Shown in pieces: positions 19,347 to 28,855 of a DNA stretch of 64,000 nt. The translations under genes and the position numbers were made by a program. The notes under the pieces were generated by a model. It made no database searches, was not told where the DNA came from, and saw nothing but the letters and a program-made list of their open reading frames with translations. The stretch is taken from contig JBEEND010000001.1 of NCBI GenBank assembly GCA_041192345.1, positions 10,915 through 74,914 of the forward strand. The letters run 5' to 3'. Each line of letters opens with the position of its first letter. Within the stretch, counting starts at the first letter, position 1. The DNA comes from Actinomycetota bacterium. Lineage in GTDB: Bacteria; Actinomycetota; Actinomycetes; S36-B12; UBA5976.

Positions 19347-19408
19347 GACATAGGTAATTTGCCACTCGGGTTTAGCAGGATTTGTAATCGTGTGCAAGAA
19401 TTGGCGAC

Positions 19409-19927
19409 ATGACATCAACTATGACTTTCCATACCAATCACGGCGACATCAACATAAATGTTTTTGATAACCACGCACCTAAAACTGCAGACAAGATTCT
19501 TGGACTTGCCGAAGGCACCCACGAATGGACGCATCCAGCAACTGGCGTTAAAGGAACAACTCCGCTCTACGACTCCACGATTTTTCACCGCATTATTCCT
19601 GGATTCATGATTCAGGGTGGCGATCCACTTGGACAGGGTACTGGCGGACCAGGATTTCGCTTTGAAGATGAACCACATCCAGAATTAGTCTTTGATCGTC
19701 CTTACCTGTTAGCCATGGCTAATTCTGGACCAAACACTAACGGCTCCCAGTTCTTCATCACAGTTGCTGCAACTTCTTGGCTGAATTTTAAGCACACAAT
19801 TTTTGGTGAAGTAGCAGATCAAGCAAGTCGCGATGTCGTGGATGTAATTGCTGGCGTTCCAACTGGGCAGATGGATCGCCCAGTCAACGATGTTGTTATC
19901 GAGAGCGTTACAGTTTCCAGAGATTAA
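19409..19927 (+). CDS. ppiA: peptidyl-prolyl cis-trans isomerase, cyclophilin type
   Basis: 172 aa. FHRIIPGFMIQGGDP and NSGPNTNGSQFFIT motifs. Confidence 0.9.
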   Translation: MTSTMTFHTNHGDININVFDNHAPKTADKILGLAEGTHEWTHPATGVKGTTPLYDSTIFHRIIPGFMIQGGDPLGQGTGGPGFRFEDEPHPELVFDRPYLLAMANSGPNTNGSQFFITVAATSWLNFKHTIFGEVADQASRDVVDVIAGVPTGQMDRPVNDVVIESVTVSRD

Positions 19928-19929
19928 AT

Positions 19930-20724
19930 GTGACTAATACTTGTTACCGTCATACCGATAGTGAAGCTTATGTTTCATGTAGTAGGTGCGATCGAACAAT
20001 CTGTCCTGACTGCATGATCAGCGCGCCGGTTGGCTTCCAGTGCCCAGAGTGTGTTGCGGCCGGCCGAGCAGTCGTTCCTAAGAACCGTTTTGGCGGCTCG
20101 TTTAACACTGTGCCAAAAGTGACTCGGTGGATTCTCATAACTTGCGTTAGCATTTTCGTCCTAGAACTTTTATTGGGTGGTGCTAACGGGTTTGCCCTGG
20201 GCTTTGGCATGATTCCAATCGCGATAGTCCAAGGTGAGTGGTGGCGACTACTAACTTCCACTTTGTTGCATGGCAGTATTTTGCACTTGTTATTTAACAT
20301 GTACGCGCTTTATTGGCTTGGCCCACAACTCGAGCGAACTCTAGGCTACTTACGATTTGGTGCGCTTTATTTTCTTGCAGCTTTGGGTGGCAGCGTTGCT
20401 TCATATTGGTTTTCGCCAATTGATACCGTCTCTGTCGGCGCAAGTGGTGCGATCTTTGGCTTGATCACGGCAACCATTGTTATTGGTCGCCAGGTGAACT
20501 CGGATGTTTCACAACTTTTAGTTTTACTTGGTATCAATGTGGTTATCGGTTTTCTTCAGCCAAATATTGATTGGCGAGCCCATTTTGGCGGCGCACTAAT
20601 TGGCGCTGCAGTTGCCTACACTTTCACTAAAGGCACACGCTTAAACCGAGATCGAATCCACGCGGTTGGAACTGGCGGAATTCTGGCTTTGCTGGTTTTC
20701 GCCGTTATGGCGCGCGTAATTTAG
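19930..20724 (+). CDS. rhomboid family intramembrane serine protease with an N-terminal Zn-ribbon
   Basis: 264 aa. N-terminal CxxC...CxxC...CPEC, HLLFNM histidine motif, catalytic GASGAIFG. Confidence 0.85.
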   Translation: MTNTCYRHTDSEAYVSCSRCDRTICPDCMISAPVGFQCPECVAAGRAVVPKNRFGGSFNTVPKVTRWILITCVSIFVLELLLGGANGFALGFGMIPIAIVQGEWWRLLTSTLLHGSILHLLFNMYALYWLGPQLERTLGYLRFGALYFLAALGGSVASYWFSPIDTVSVGASGAIFGLITATIVIGRQVNSDVSQLLVLLGINVVIGFLQPNIDWRAHFGGALIGAAVAYTFTKGTRLNRDRIHAVGTGGILALLVFAVMARVI

Positions 20725-20811
20725 CGTTCAGCGATAACAGCGAGGCAATTTGGCTAGTTAGTTGTGCCAAGCATTTGCCGAGACTACCGAAAATACGGGT
20801 AAGGTTTAACC

Positions 20812-21078
20812 ATGCCTAAGTCAAAGTCACGCAAGTCCAAAGAGCCCGATTACACCCCACCACCAGCTAAGGTGCCGGAATCCTTCAAAATAGGAAATCC
20901 GGTATGGCTAGTTCCAACCATGGTGACAATGTTCATTCTGGGACTGCTGTGGATAGTGGTGTTCTATTTAATCGGTAGCCAGGTCCCAGTCATGTCTGAT
21001 TTGGGTAATCTGACCAACATAATCATCGGTTTTGGCTTTATCGGTGTTGGATTTGCCCTTGCCACTCGCTGGCGGTAA
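20812..21078 (+). CDS. crgA: cell division protein CrgA
   Basis: 88 aa. Basic N-terminus plus two TM helices. Conserved position near pknB and rhomboid. Confidence 0.75.
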   Translation: MPKSKSRKSKEPDYTPPPAKVPESFKIGNPVWLVPTMVTMFILGLLWIVVFYLIGSQVPVMSDLGNLTNIIIGFGFIGVGFALATRWR

Positions 21079-21117
21079 ATAACATGGGTGTAATTTCTCC
21101 CCAGCAGTGGATATCCT

Positions 21118-21834
21118 GTGGATAACCAAAGGAGGGGGTTTTCCCCGCGAACTAAAACCATTCTTGTCACGATCTCGGCTGCGCTGGCTGGATTCCTCTT
21201 TGTCGCTAGTGGCATTACGGCCGATGGCACAAACATCCGCACTGGTGGCCTAGAAGATCTTCGCAGTTTAGTTTTAGATAGAGCTAATAAAGTCGCGGTA
21301 CTCCAGGATGAGGTGGATACGCTCGCGCGCGAAGTCAATGACTTGTCTTTAGTAAACGTCGATCCAGTTTTAAGTTCACAAATTATTGCGCTAGAGCAAG
21401 TTACAGGATTGACTCCCGTTACGGGTTCAGCGCTGGAGATATCTTTAAACGATGCACCTCGTGAACTTGGAGTTGCATTAGGGCCAGGCATTGCGCCAGA
21501 TGACCTTGTAGTTCATCAACAAGATGTGCAAGCAGTGGTCAATGCAATGTGGCGCGGTGGTGCAACTGCTGTTCAAGTAATGGATCAACGCATCATCAGT
21601 ACCTCAGCCATTAGATGTGTTGGTAACACACTTTCACTGCAGGGGCGAGTTTATAGTCCACCGTTTGTAGTTACTGCAGTTGGAAACATTGCAGAACTTC
21701 AGCAAGCACTAAATGATGAATCTGGAGTTTTGCTTTATCGCGAATATGTGGATCGCTTCAACTTGGGCTTTGATGTTTCTATTATTAATCAAGTTACAAT
21801 TCCAGCTTGGAAAGGTTCAATCGAACAACAGTAA
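21118..21834 (+). CDS. DUF881 domain membrane protein (division-cluster associated)
   Basis: 238 aa. N-terminal TM helix. VVHQQDVQAVVNAMWRGGATAV...SPPFVVTAVGN is typical of DUF881. GTG start. Confidence 0.7.
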   Translation: MDNQRRGFSPRTKTILVTISAALAGFLFVASGITADGTNIRTGGLEDLRSLVLDRANKVAVLQDEVDTLAREVNDLSLVNVDPVLSSQIIALEQVTGLTPVTGSALEISLNDAPRELGVALGPGIAPDDLVVHQQDVQAVVNAMWRGGATAVQVMDQRIISTSAIRCVGNTLSLQGRVYSPPFVVTAVGNIAELQQALNDESGVLLYREYVDRFNLGFDVSIINQVTIPAWKGSIEQQ

Positions 21835-21846
21835 CTTTCCTGATTT

Positions 21847-22467
21847 CTAATTTGGAATTACTGGCTGTAATCCTTGCGCAAGTTCCCGGGCGTTTAAGTC
21901 ACCGCAACGAACTAACCATTCAGCTAACATTTTGTGGCCACCTTGGGTAAGTACTGACTCTGGATGAAATTGCACACCTTCGATATCTAATTCACGGTGA
22001 AGAAGAGACATCACAACACCAGTATCTGTTTCGCTAGTAATTTCAAGAACCTCGGGAACGCTTTCGCGCTCAACCGCAAGTGAATGATATCGAGTAGCAA
22101 TAAATGGTGAGGGCAGATTTGCCAATACACCTTGGTTATGGTGAAACACTTGTGAAGTTTTTCCATGAAGTAATTCAGGTGCTTGGGAAACTGTCGCCCC
22201 GAATACTTCTGCGATCACTTGATGTCCTAAGCACACCCCAAAAATGGGAATGATGCCACCAAGTTCCCTTACGATATCGTTACAAATTCCAGCGTCAGCC
22301 GGTGTGCCGGGGCCGGGGGAAAGCAATACGCCATCGTATTCCCGGGCTTGTTCAACGCTTACTTCATCGTTGCGCTTCACATCGACTTTGGCTCCAAGTT
22401 GAGCTAAGTATTGAACAATATTGAAAACAAAACTGTCGTAGTTATCAATAACTAGAATGCGCGTCAC
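21847..22467 (-). CDS. trpG: anthranilate / aminodeoxychorismate synthase glutamine amidotransferase component II
   Basis: 206 aa. ILVIDNYDSF, catalytic GVCLGHQ, HPES. Confidence 0.9.
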   Translation of the reverse strand: MTRILVIDNYDSFVFNIVQYLAQLGAKVDVKRNDEVSVEQAREYDGVLLSPGPGTPADAGICNDIVRELGGIIPIFGVCLGHQVIAEVFGATVSQAPELLHGKTSQVFHHNQGVLANLPSPFIATRYHSLAVERESVPEVLEITSETDTGVVMSLLHRELDIEGVQFHPESVLTQGGHKMLAEWLVRCGDLNARELAQGLQPVIPN

Positions 22468-22498
22468 GAAAACCAGTCTAGATGAATTTGCTCAACTG

Positions 22499-24307
22499 TT
22501 AAGGCTTGGGATTCGGATTCGGATTCAAAGTAGGAGTTGGAGTTGGCGTAGGAGTTGGCGTTGGAGTTGGCGTTGGCACGATAACGGGACAAGTCAGAGT
22601 CGCAGGAATCGTAGTTCCGTCGGGACAAATGATCAACCCTGGCGCGCCTGCCACCGTAATGGTTACCGTGGTTCCTTCAAGCGTTAACTCGTTAGCGGCT
22701 GGAGTTTGGGCAAGTACAGTTCCCGGCGCCACGGCTGCATTTTCCTGCGTGAGAACTTGAACCAAGAACCCTGCATTAAGTAGGGCGTTACTCGCGTCCG
22801 TAAGACTTAAGCCCACAACGTTTGGTACCGGAGCTTTACCATTTGATACCGAAATACTTACCAAAGTTCCAATTTCAACTAAAGTGTTCGCGGCTATGTC
22901 TTGTTCTAGTACGGTGCCAGAAGGTTTATCACTTTCAACCGGAGTAACTCGACCCAAAACTAACTGGGCTTTCTCCAGTTCAATTTTCGCAGCCTCAATA
23001 GAAATTAGCCCAACCAAATTTGGAACTCCAGTTTGGTCTTTACCTGCTGAGACAATCACATTTACAGCTTGTCCAGTCTCGAGTAATTCTCCAGATGCTG
23101 GATCTTGTCCGATTATTTCGCCTTTTGGCACATTGTTATCGGCTTGTGGTGTCTGCTCGCCAAGAATTAAACCAACAGCGGAAAGTGCAGCGCTGGCTTC
23201 TTCAACAGTCTTGGCCTTTAGGTTAGGCACCGTTACAGTATTTGCGCCCGCAGGAAATAGTTTGTCGCCGATGAAAAACAATAAGGCGGCCGCGACGATC
23301 GTTGCAAGTGAAATCGCCACCCACTTGATTCCGCTTACATTCTTTTGTGGGGCAGTGGCAATTTGAACACCACCAGACTGGAATATTGGAAGCGCAGTTG
23401 TTAAATAGTCGGCTGGGTCTTGGTTCAAAGTTAAGGGCGCACGAGCTGCAATCGGCATACCTGCGATCGCGCGTTCAACATCAGAACGCATATCAGCAGC
23501 ACTTTGATATCTGGAATTTGGATCTTTAGCTAATGCAGACAAAGAAATGGCGTCTAAAGTCGATGGTATAGATGGATCAATAGACGAGGGAGTTTTAGCA
23601 GGCTCATTAACATGTTGATAAGCAATCGAAACTGGTGAGTCACCATTAAATGGTGGCTTACCAACTAGAAGTTCATAAAGCACACAACCAGTGGAGTAAA
23701 TATCGCTCCGGGCATCTACGACTTCACCGCGCGCCTGCTCAGGGGAAAGATATTGCGCAGTTCCCATAACAGCGCTTGTGGCCGTAACTGATGTTGCGGC
23801 ATCACTCATCGCCCGAGCAATTCCAAAGTCCATTACCTTTGCATCACCGAAGGCGTTGATCATAATGTTGGCAGGCTTTATATCTCGATGAACTATGCCA
23901 TGGCGATGCGAGTAATCGAGTGCGGCTAGAACGCCAGCAACCACTTCAAGTGCGCGTTCAGGCAAAATTCGAGGGCCATTGGTGAGCATCTGACGTAAAG
24001 TCACGCCATCAACAAATTCCATAACGATGTAAGGAACACTTACTTGGCTTGAACCATCCGCAATTAAATCTTCACCAGTATCGTAAATCGCAACTATGTT
24101 CGGGTGATTGAGTCCAGCAGCGGACTGCGCCTCTCGGCGAAAACGCTCTTGAAACATCGGATCACGCGCTAAATCTGGACGGAGTACCTTAATTGCAACT
24201 TTTCGATTTAACCGACTATCTGTACCTTCGTAAACCTCGGCCATTCCGCCACGACCGATAACTTGGCCAACGGTGTATCGATCACCGAGTTGCGTAAAGG
24301 TGTTCAC
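22499..24307 (-). CDS. pknB: Ser/Thr protein kinase PknB with three PASTA repeats and a (PT)8-L-(NP)3 tail
   Basis: 602 aa. GRGGMAEV, VAIKVL, HRDIKPAN, DFGIA. One TM helix. Three PASTA-like units (VPNLKAK.., VPNLVGL.., VPNVVGL..). C-terminus CPDGTTIPATLTCPVIV(PT)8L(NP)3KP. Confidence 0.95.
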   Translation of the reverse strand: MNTFTQLGDRYTVGQVIGRGGMAEVYEGTDSRLNRKVAIKVLRPDLARDPMFQERFRREAQSAAGLNHPNIVAIYDTGEDLIADGSSQVSVPYIVMEFVDGVTLRQMLTNGPRILPERALEVVAGVLAALDYSHRHGIVHRDIKPANIMINAFGDAKVMDFGIARAMSDAATSVTATSAVMGTAQYLSPEQARGEVVDARSDIYSTGCVLYELLVGKPPFNGDSPVSIAYQHVNEPAKTPSSIDPSIPSTLDAISLSALAKDPNSRYQSAADMRSDVERAIAGMPIAARAPLTLNQDPADYLTTALPIFQSGGVQIATAPQKNVSGIKWVAISLATIVAAALLFFIGDKLFPAGANTVTVPNLKAKTVEEASAALSAVGLILGEQTPQADNNVPKGEIIGQDPASGELLETGQAVNVIVSAGKDQTGVPNLVGLISIEAAKIELEKAQLVLGRVTPVESDKPSGTVLEQDIAANTLVEIGTLVSISVSNGKAPVPNVVGLSLTDASNALLNAGFLVQVLTQENAAVAPGTVLAQTPAANELTLEGTTVTITVAGAPGLIICPDGTTIPATLTCPVIVPTPTPTPTPTPTPTPTLNPNPNPKP

Positions 24308-24354
24308 TTAGGTCTCCTGTACTTTTTTAAATTGCATAGCGCTTCTATTCTTCC

Positions 24355-25803
24355 CTATCGTTTTAGTGCTGCGCGCATCACGGCTGCAGCTATTGGCGCC
24401 GCTAGCGCATTGCCACTGACTTCCGCAGCGCCACCACCGTTTTGCAGCACAACTGCCACCGCAATTTTTGCTCCATCAGCGTATGCGAAGCCAACATACC
24501 AAGCATGCGCAGGTTCACCTGGTACGTTCTCCGCGGTACCAGTTTTACCGCCTGAAACTATTCCAGAAATGCGAGCTTTAGAGGCGGTTCCATTTTGGAC
24601 CACGCCAACCATCATTTCTTGTAAAATTTTTGCGTTCTCAGACTTCATAGCCCTACCAAATGCAACTGGGTTGGTATTTTGTAGCACCGTCAAGTCCGGT
24701 CCTAGTAATTGGCTAACTAAATATGGCTTCATAACAACTCCGTCGTTAGCAATTCCAGCAGCGACCAGCGCCATTTGTAGGGCGTTTGCCCGAACATCAA
24801 ATTGACCAATTGCACTCATGGCAGTTTGTGGTTGATTTGGGTCCACGGGAAAGCGACTTATGGCTGCGGACATAGGAACTTCAAATTGTGACTCAAAGCC
24901 GAACTTTTTAGCTTGATCACCAATTGCAGTAGCTCCAAGCTCCATTCCCAGCCAGGCAAATGCGGTATTGCATGAAATTTCTAAGGCTTGCGCAAGTGTG
25001 AGCACATCGTCGGCGCCACAGGATTTGTTATTCCAGTTGCCAAGTTGGACATCTGTGCTTGGCAAATTTATTTCCTTAGGGCCAGGTAGTTGTGACGTTG
25101 CGTTGTACAGTCCGGATTCCAAAGCAGCCGCAGCAGTAACCAATTTGAATGTTGAGCCTGGCGGCAAAGTCATCGCCAAGGCACGGTTAAGCATTGGTTG
25201 CTCGGGATCAGCATTTAATTCTTCATAATTCTCTTGAATCTCTGCCGCATCGTGACTCGACAATAAATTTGGATCAAAAGATGGTGAACTCGCTAGAGCT
25301 AAAATTGCACCTGTGGCTGGATCAATGGCGACCACTGCGCCAGTTCGCCCATTCAAGGCTTTCATTGCAGCGCTTTGCGCTGCTGGATTAATGGTCAACC
25401 TAACGGCGCCACCCTTTGGTTCCCGATTGGCAAAAAGTTGCTGTAGCCGATCAACAAAGAAGCGACTGTCATTCCCAGCTAGAACATCATTTGTTTCTGA
25501 TTCAATTCCAGTTGCCCCGTATAGAACTGAATAGAAACCAGTGATTGGCGCATATATAGTTTCGTCTGGGTAAGTCCTTAGGTACTTTAAGGCATCAAGT
25601 GTTGGAGTTGATTGCGCAATTGATTGTGAACCAAGCAATATCGGACCACGTTCGCGCGAGTACTCAGTTAAAGTAACGCGCTGATTTCCAGGTTGTCCAC
25701 GCAAATCTTTGGCATTAAAAACCTGAATATAAGAAATGTTAATTATTAGTGCTAGCAATAAAAAAATAATTACTGCGGTAACTCGATTTATTTGTCTAAT
25801 CAT
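24355..25803 (-). CDS. pbpA: class B penicillin-binding protein PbpA (transpeptidase)
   Basis: 482 aa. STFK, SCN and KTGTAE motifs. The stop overlaps nothing, and the start overlaps the rodA stop (ATGA at 25800-25803). Confidence 0.9.
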   Translation of the reverse strand: MIRQINRVTAVIIFLLLALIINISYIQVFNAKDLRGQPGNQRVTLTEYSRERGPILLGSQSIAQSTPTLDALKYLRTYPDETIYAPITGFYSVLYGATGIESETNDVLAGNDSRFFVDRLQQLFANREPKGGAVRLTINPAAQSAAMKALNGRTGAVVAIDPATGAILALASSPSFDPNLLSSHDAAEIQENYEELNADPEQPMLNRALAMTLPPGSTFKLVTAAAALESGLYNATSQLPGPKEINLPSTDVQLGNWNNKSCGADDVLTLAQALEISCNTAFAWLGMELGATAIGDQAKKFGFESQFEVPMSAAISRFPVDPNQPQTAMSAIGQFDVRANALQMALVAAGIANDGVVMKPYLVSQLLGPDLTVLQNTNPVAFGRAMKSENAKILQEMMVGVVQNGTASKARISGIVSGGKTGTAENVPGEPAHAWYVGFAYADGAKIAVAVVLQNGGGAAEVSGNALAAPIAAAVMRAALKR

Positions 25804-27203
25804 TTAGTATCAACATCTTGTCGTAAAACCAATTGGTCATCTGTAATTTCTGGTGCGCGAGCAGCATTAGAAATTCGAATCAGAATCCCAACGATTATGT
25901 AGTTAGCAACAAGTGATGATCCGCCATAAGACAAAAATGGCGTTGTTAAACCTGTTAATGGAACTAGCCGGGTCACACCACCGATAACAATAAAAGTTTG
26001 TAGTCCAATAACGGTAGTTAGCCCGATCGCAAATAGATTGCCAAAAGGGTCACGTGTTGCAACAGCAGCGCGGGCGCCACGCTCAACAATAATTGCGAAG
26101 AGTAACAAAATCGCGATAAGTCCCATAAGCCCTAGCTCTTCTCCAAGAGCCGAAGTTATAAAGTCAGTTTTTGCGAAAGGTACTAGCTGTGGGTATCCCT
26201 GTCCCCAACCTGTCCCAAAAATCCCACCATTTGCCAGGCCATAAAGTGATTGCGCTATTTGATAGCCGTTACCGTTGGCATCATCAAATGGGCGCAGCCA
26301 GACATCGAATCGAATCTGCACATGTCCAAATAATCGATAAGCGAGTGCGCCACCAACAGCTAAAAGTAACGCACCGATTAAAACCCAGGACCTACGGCCA
26401 GTTGAAACATAAAGCATCACGGTGAATAGGCCAAAGAGTAATAGTGAAGTACCCAGATCACGTTCCAATATCAAAACTAATAATGCGACTATCCAAACTA
26501 GAAATAGCGGACCAACATCTTTTCCACGCGGGATTCCAACACCCAAAATCTTTTTATGAACAAGTGCTAATGAGTGACGGCGACTTACTAAGAAACCAGC
26601 GAAGAAGATAGTGAGGGCAACTTTTGCTAATTCACCCGGCTGAAAAGTTAAGCCAAACAGACTGATCCAAAGTTGGGCACCATTAACTTCGTTGCCAATA
26701 ACGGGTAGTAACGGAAGAAACAACAAAATAATTCCAGCAAAGCCCGCGGTGTAAGTAAATCGCTGCAATCTTCTGTGGTCACCAACGAATGTCAGAACGA
26801 CTATGAACGCGATTAGCCCAACTAACATCCAGGTCAGCTGAAGATAAACATCTGGTGTTGGAGGTGGGCTGCCATTACTTGCGGCGCGTTGTGCTGCTGC
26901 GGCATCGAGTCGGTGAATCATGGCTAGACCCAGCATGTTCAATGCTGCAACGCTTGGCAGTAACAATGGATCTGCATATGGTGCCTGCCACCTGACAACA
27001 CCATGGGTTACTAACAGCAAGACGCCAGCGCTTAACAGTGAAGTCCAGCCACCCAAGGAAGCTGCATCTGTTGAGGCATCCACCAAAATCCAAGCAAAAA
27101 CACCTATTAGCCAGGCACCAATTAATAACGTAAGTTCTGCTGAGCGACGAGTTGAAACGCGATAGCGAATCAAGTTGGTACTCACTGAGTTACCTGCGGG
27201 CAC
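25800..27203 (-). CDS. rodA: SEDS-family peptidoglycan polymerase RodA/FtsW
   Basis: 467 aa polytopic protein. FQPGELAKV and PLTGLTTPFLSYGGSS motifs. Confidence 0.9.
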   Translation of the reverse strand: MPAGNSVSTNLIRYRVSTRRSAELTLLIGAWLIGVFAWILVDASTDAASLGGWTSLLSAGVLLLVTHGVVRWQAPYADPLLLPSVAALNMLGLAMIHRLDAAAAQRAASNGSPPPTPDVYLQLTWMLVGLIAFIVVLTFVGDHRRLQRFTYTAGFAGIILLFLPLLPVIGNEVNGAQLWISLFGLTFQPGELAKVALTIFFAGFLVSRRHSLALVHKKILGVGIPRGKDVGPLFLVWIVALLVLILERDLGTSLLLFGLFTVMLYVSTGRRSWVLIGALLLAVGGALAYRLFGHVQIRFDVWLRPFDDANGNGYQIAQSLYGLANGGIFGTGWGQGYPQLVPFAKTDFITSALGEELGLMGLIAILLLFAIIVERGARAAVATRDPFGNLFAIGLTTVIGLQTFIVIGGVTRLVPLTGLTTPFLSYGGSSLVANYIIVGILIRISNAARAPEITDDQLVLRQDVDTK

Positions 27204-28381
27204 CCAGGCGAACTTGGAAGCAGTTCACATAAGTCTGCACTTTTTTGCAACCTAGCCACAGCCGCTTGCGCATCTTCTAAATTTGCAGATTCAAAAGTTT
27301 GGTAAACCTGACTGTATTCAAATTCTGGTAGTTGCAAGACTGGCAAAGTAGAAACTTCAACAAGACGATACATACCACCCGCTGGAACACCTTGGAAGAT
27401 TGCGACAACTTTGCTCTGGGTGTAGACACCAACAAACCATTGATTTGAAAGCCACCATAGTGCACTCGCAATAGAAATAGTGATAAGTGCCAGCGTCGCA
27501 AAAACTGGAACAAGCCATCGTGTGCTTGGGTTCGCAGCAACTGCGAGCAACAAATTATTGGGCTGATCACTTTCTTCGGGGAAATCTACTGCTGGCAATC
27601 TAGATTGGTTATTTTCATCAGCAGCAGATCCAATTAGCACTGGATCAACTTCGATACTGTCATTTACTACATCAGCCACTACTACCGTGATGTTATCTGG
27701 TGCACCTGCCGACATAGCTGCATCAATTAGCAATGTGACGGCATGAGTCAAATCAGTTGCTGAAAGACATTTTGCAATGGTTGCGGAATCAATAACTCCG
27801 CATAAGCCGTCACTGCAAAGCAGGTACCGATCGCCTACTCGTGTTTCGCGCACTGACAAATCAACTTCGACAGCGTGGATGCCATCAATGGCCCGCATCA
27901 TCAAGTTTCGTTTTGGGTGGACCGCAGCCTGTTCGTGAGTTATTTCGCCAGAATCCACCAAGGTCTGGACAAACGTGTGATCCTTGGTCATTTGTTGCAG
28001 TTCATTAGCGCGGAATAGATACGCTCGCGAATCTCCCACGTGTGCCATGGCAATTCGACCTTCGCGGAGCGCAACCACTGTCATGGTGGTTCCCATTCCA
28101 GCAAGATCACGGTTGGCAGCAACTACATCGGCTATGTATTCACCGGAGGTGATTACGGCTTCTGCAAGTTGCGTCAAAACTTCGTCTGCTCCAGAAGATG
28201 TGGCAGCAGCAGAAACTATTGCCGCAATCGTAGCTGCGCTAGCGAGTTCCCCGGCTTCATGTCCACCCATGCCATCAGCTACCACCAATAAGTCAGTTGC
28301 TGCGTAACCTGCATCTTCGTTATTGCGGCGCACTCGTCCAATTTCTGAGCGCGCAGCAAATCGCAGACTTAAACCACTCAT
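27182..28381 (-). CDS. pstP: PP2C-family Ser/Thr phosphatase PstP
   Basis: 399 aa. RRNNEDA, VADGMGGH and LCSDGL motifs, followed by a TM helix and an extracytoplasmic tail. Overlaps rodA by 22 nt. Confidence 0.9.
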   Translation of the reverse strand: MSGLSLRFAARSEIGRVRRNNEDAGYAATDLLVVADGMGGHEAGELASAATIAAIVSAAATSSGADEVLTQLAEAVITSGEYIADVVAANRDLAGMGTTMTVVALREGRIAMAHVGDSRAYLFRANELQQMTKDHTFVQTLVDSGEITHEQAAVHPKRNLMMRAIDGIHAVEVDLSVRETRVGDRYLLCSDGLCGVIDSATIAKCLSATDLTHAVTLLIDAAMSAGAPDNITVVVADVVNDSIEVDPVLIGSAADENNQSRLPAVDFPEESDQPNNLLLAVAANPSTRWLVPVFATLALITISIASALWWLSNQWFVGVYTQSKVVAIFQGVPAGGMYRLVEVSTLPVLQLPEFEYSQVYQTFESANLEDAQAAVARLQKSADLCELLPSSPGCPQVTQ

Positions 28382-28848
28382 GAGCTCAATTCCATACTGG
28401 TTCGACCAATACGTAATTGAGTTCCGGGCCGTAACACTGTAGGCGCAGAAATCCGAGTGCGATCAATCCAAGTTCCGTTTGTTGAACCTAAGTCTTCAAC
28501 AATCCAATGATTTCCATTTGGAGTTAATTGGGCATGGCGCGTGCTGACAAAATCATCATCCAATACGACAGTTGAATCTGGCGCGCGACCAATTGAAATT
28601 GGTGACGTACCAAGTGGTAACACAGTTCCAGTTAACGCACCTTCAACGATCACTAGTTTGGTTGAAGTTTTTCTCGAACGAAGAGTAGGGCGTTGACTTG
28701 GTTGTTTGGATGAGCGAGCGGGCGTTAGTGGCTTGGCATCACGAGGTGCTTGCAAATCTCGGCGCAGTACTGAAACTACCGTTAGCACAAACCACCAAAG
28801 TGCTAAGAGGAAACCAATTCGCAAAATACTGAGCAATAGTTCTGACAT
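28378..28848 (-). CDS. fhaB: FHA-domain protein FhaB/FipA
   Basis: 156 aa. N-terminal TM helix and C-terminal FHA domain (IGRAPDSTVVLDDDFVSTRHAQL...STNGT). 4-nt overlap with pstP. Confidence 0.85.
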   Translation of the reverse strand: MSELLLSILRIGFLLALWWFVLTVVSVLRRDLQAPRDAKPLTPARSSKQPSQRPTLRSRKTSTKLVIVEGALTGTVLPLGTSPISIGRAPDSTVVLDDDFVSTRHAQLTPNGNHWIVEDLGSTNGTWIDRTRISAPTVLRPGTQLRIGRTSMELSS

Positions 28849-28855
28849 AAATTTT

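Noticed and set aside
21107-21125. Two direct GTGGATA repeats, 11 bp apart (AGTGGATATCCTGTGGATAA), the second matching the DnaA-box consensus TTATCCACA on the minus strand. A TTGTCCACA box also occurs at 17648-17656.
   Set aside because: These are isolated boxes that overlap a start codon or promoter. There is no cluster of boxes or AT-rich unwinding element, so they are most likely chance occurrences or at best minor DnaA regulatory sites, not an origin.
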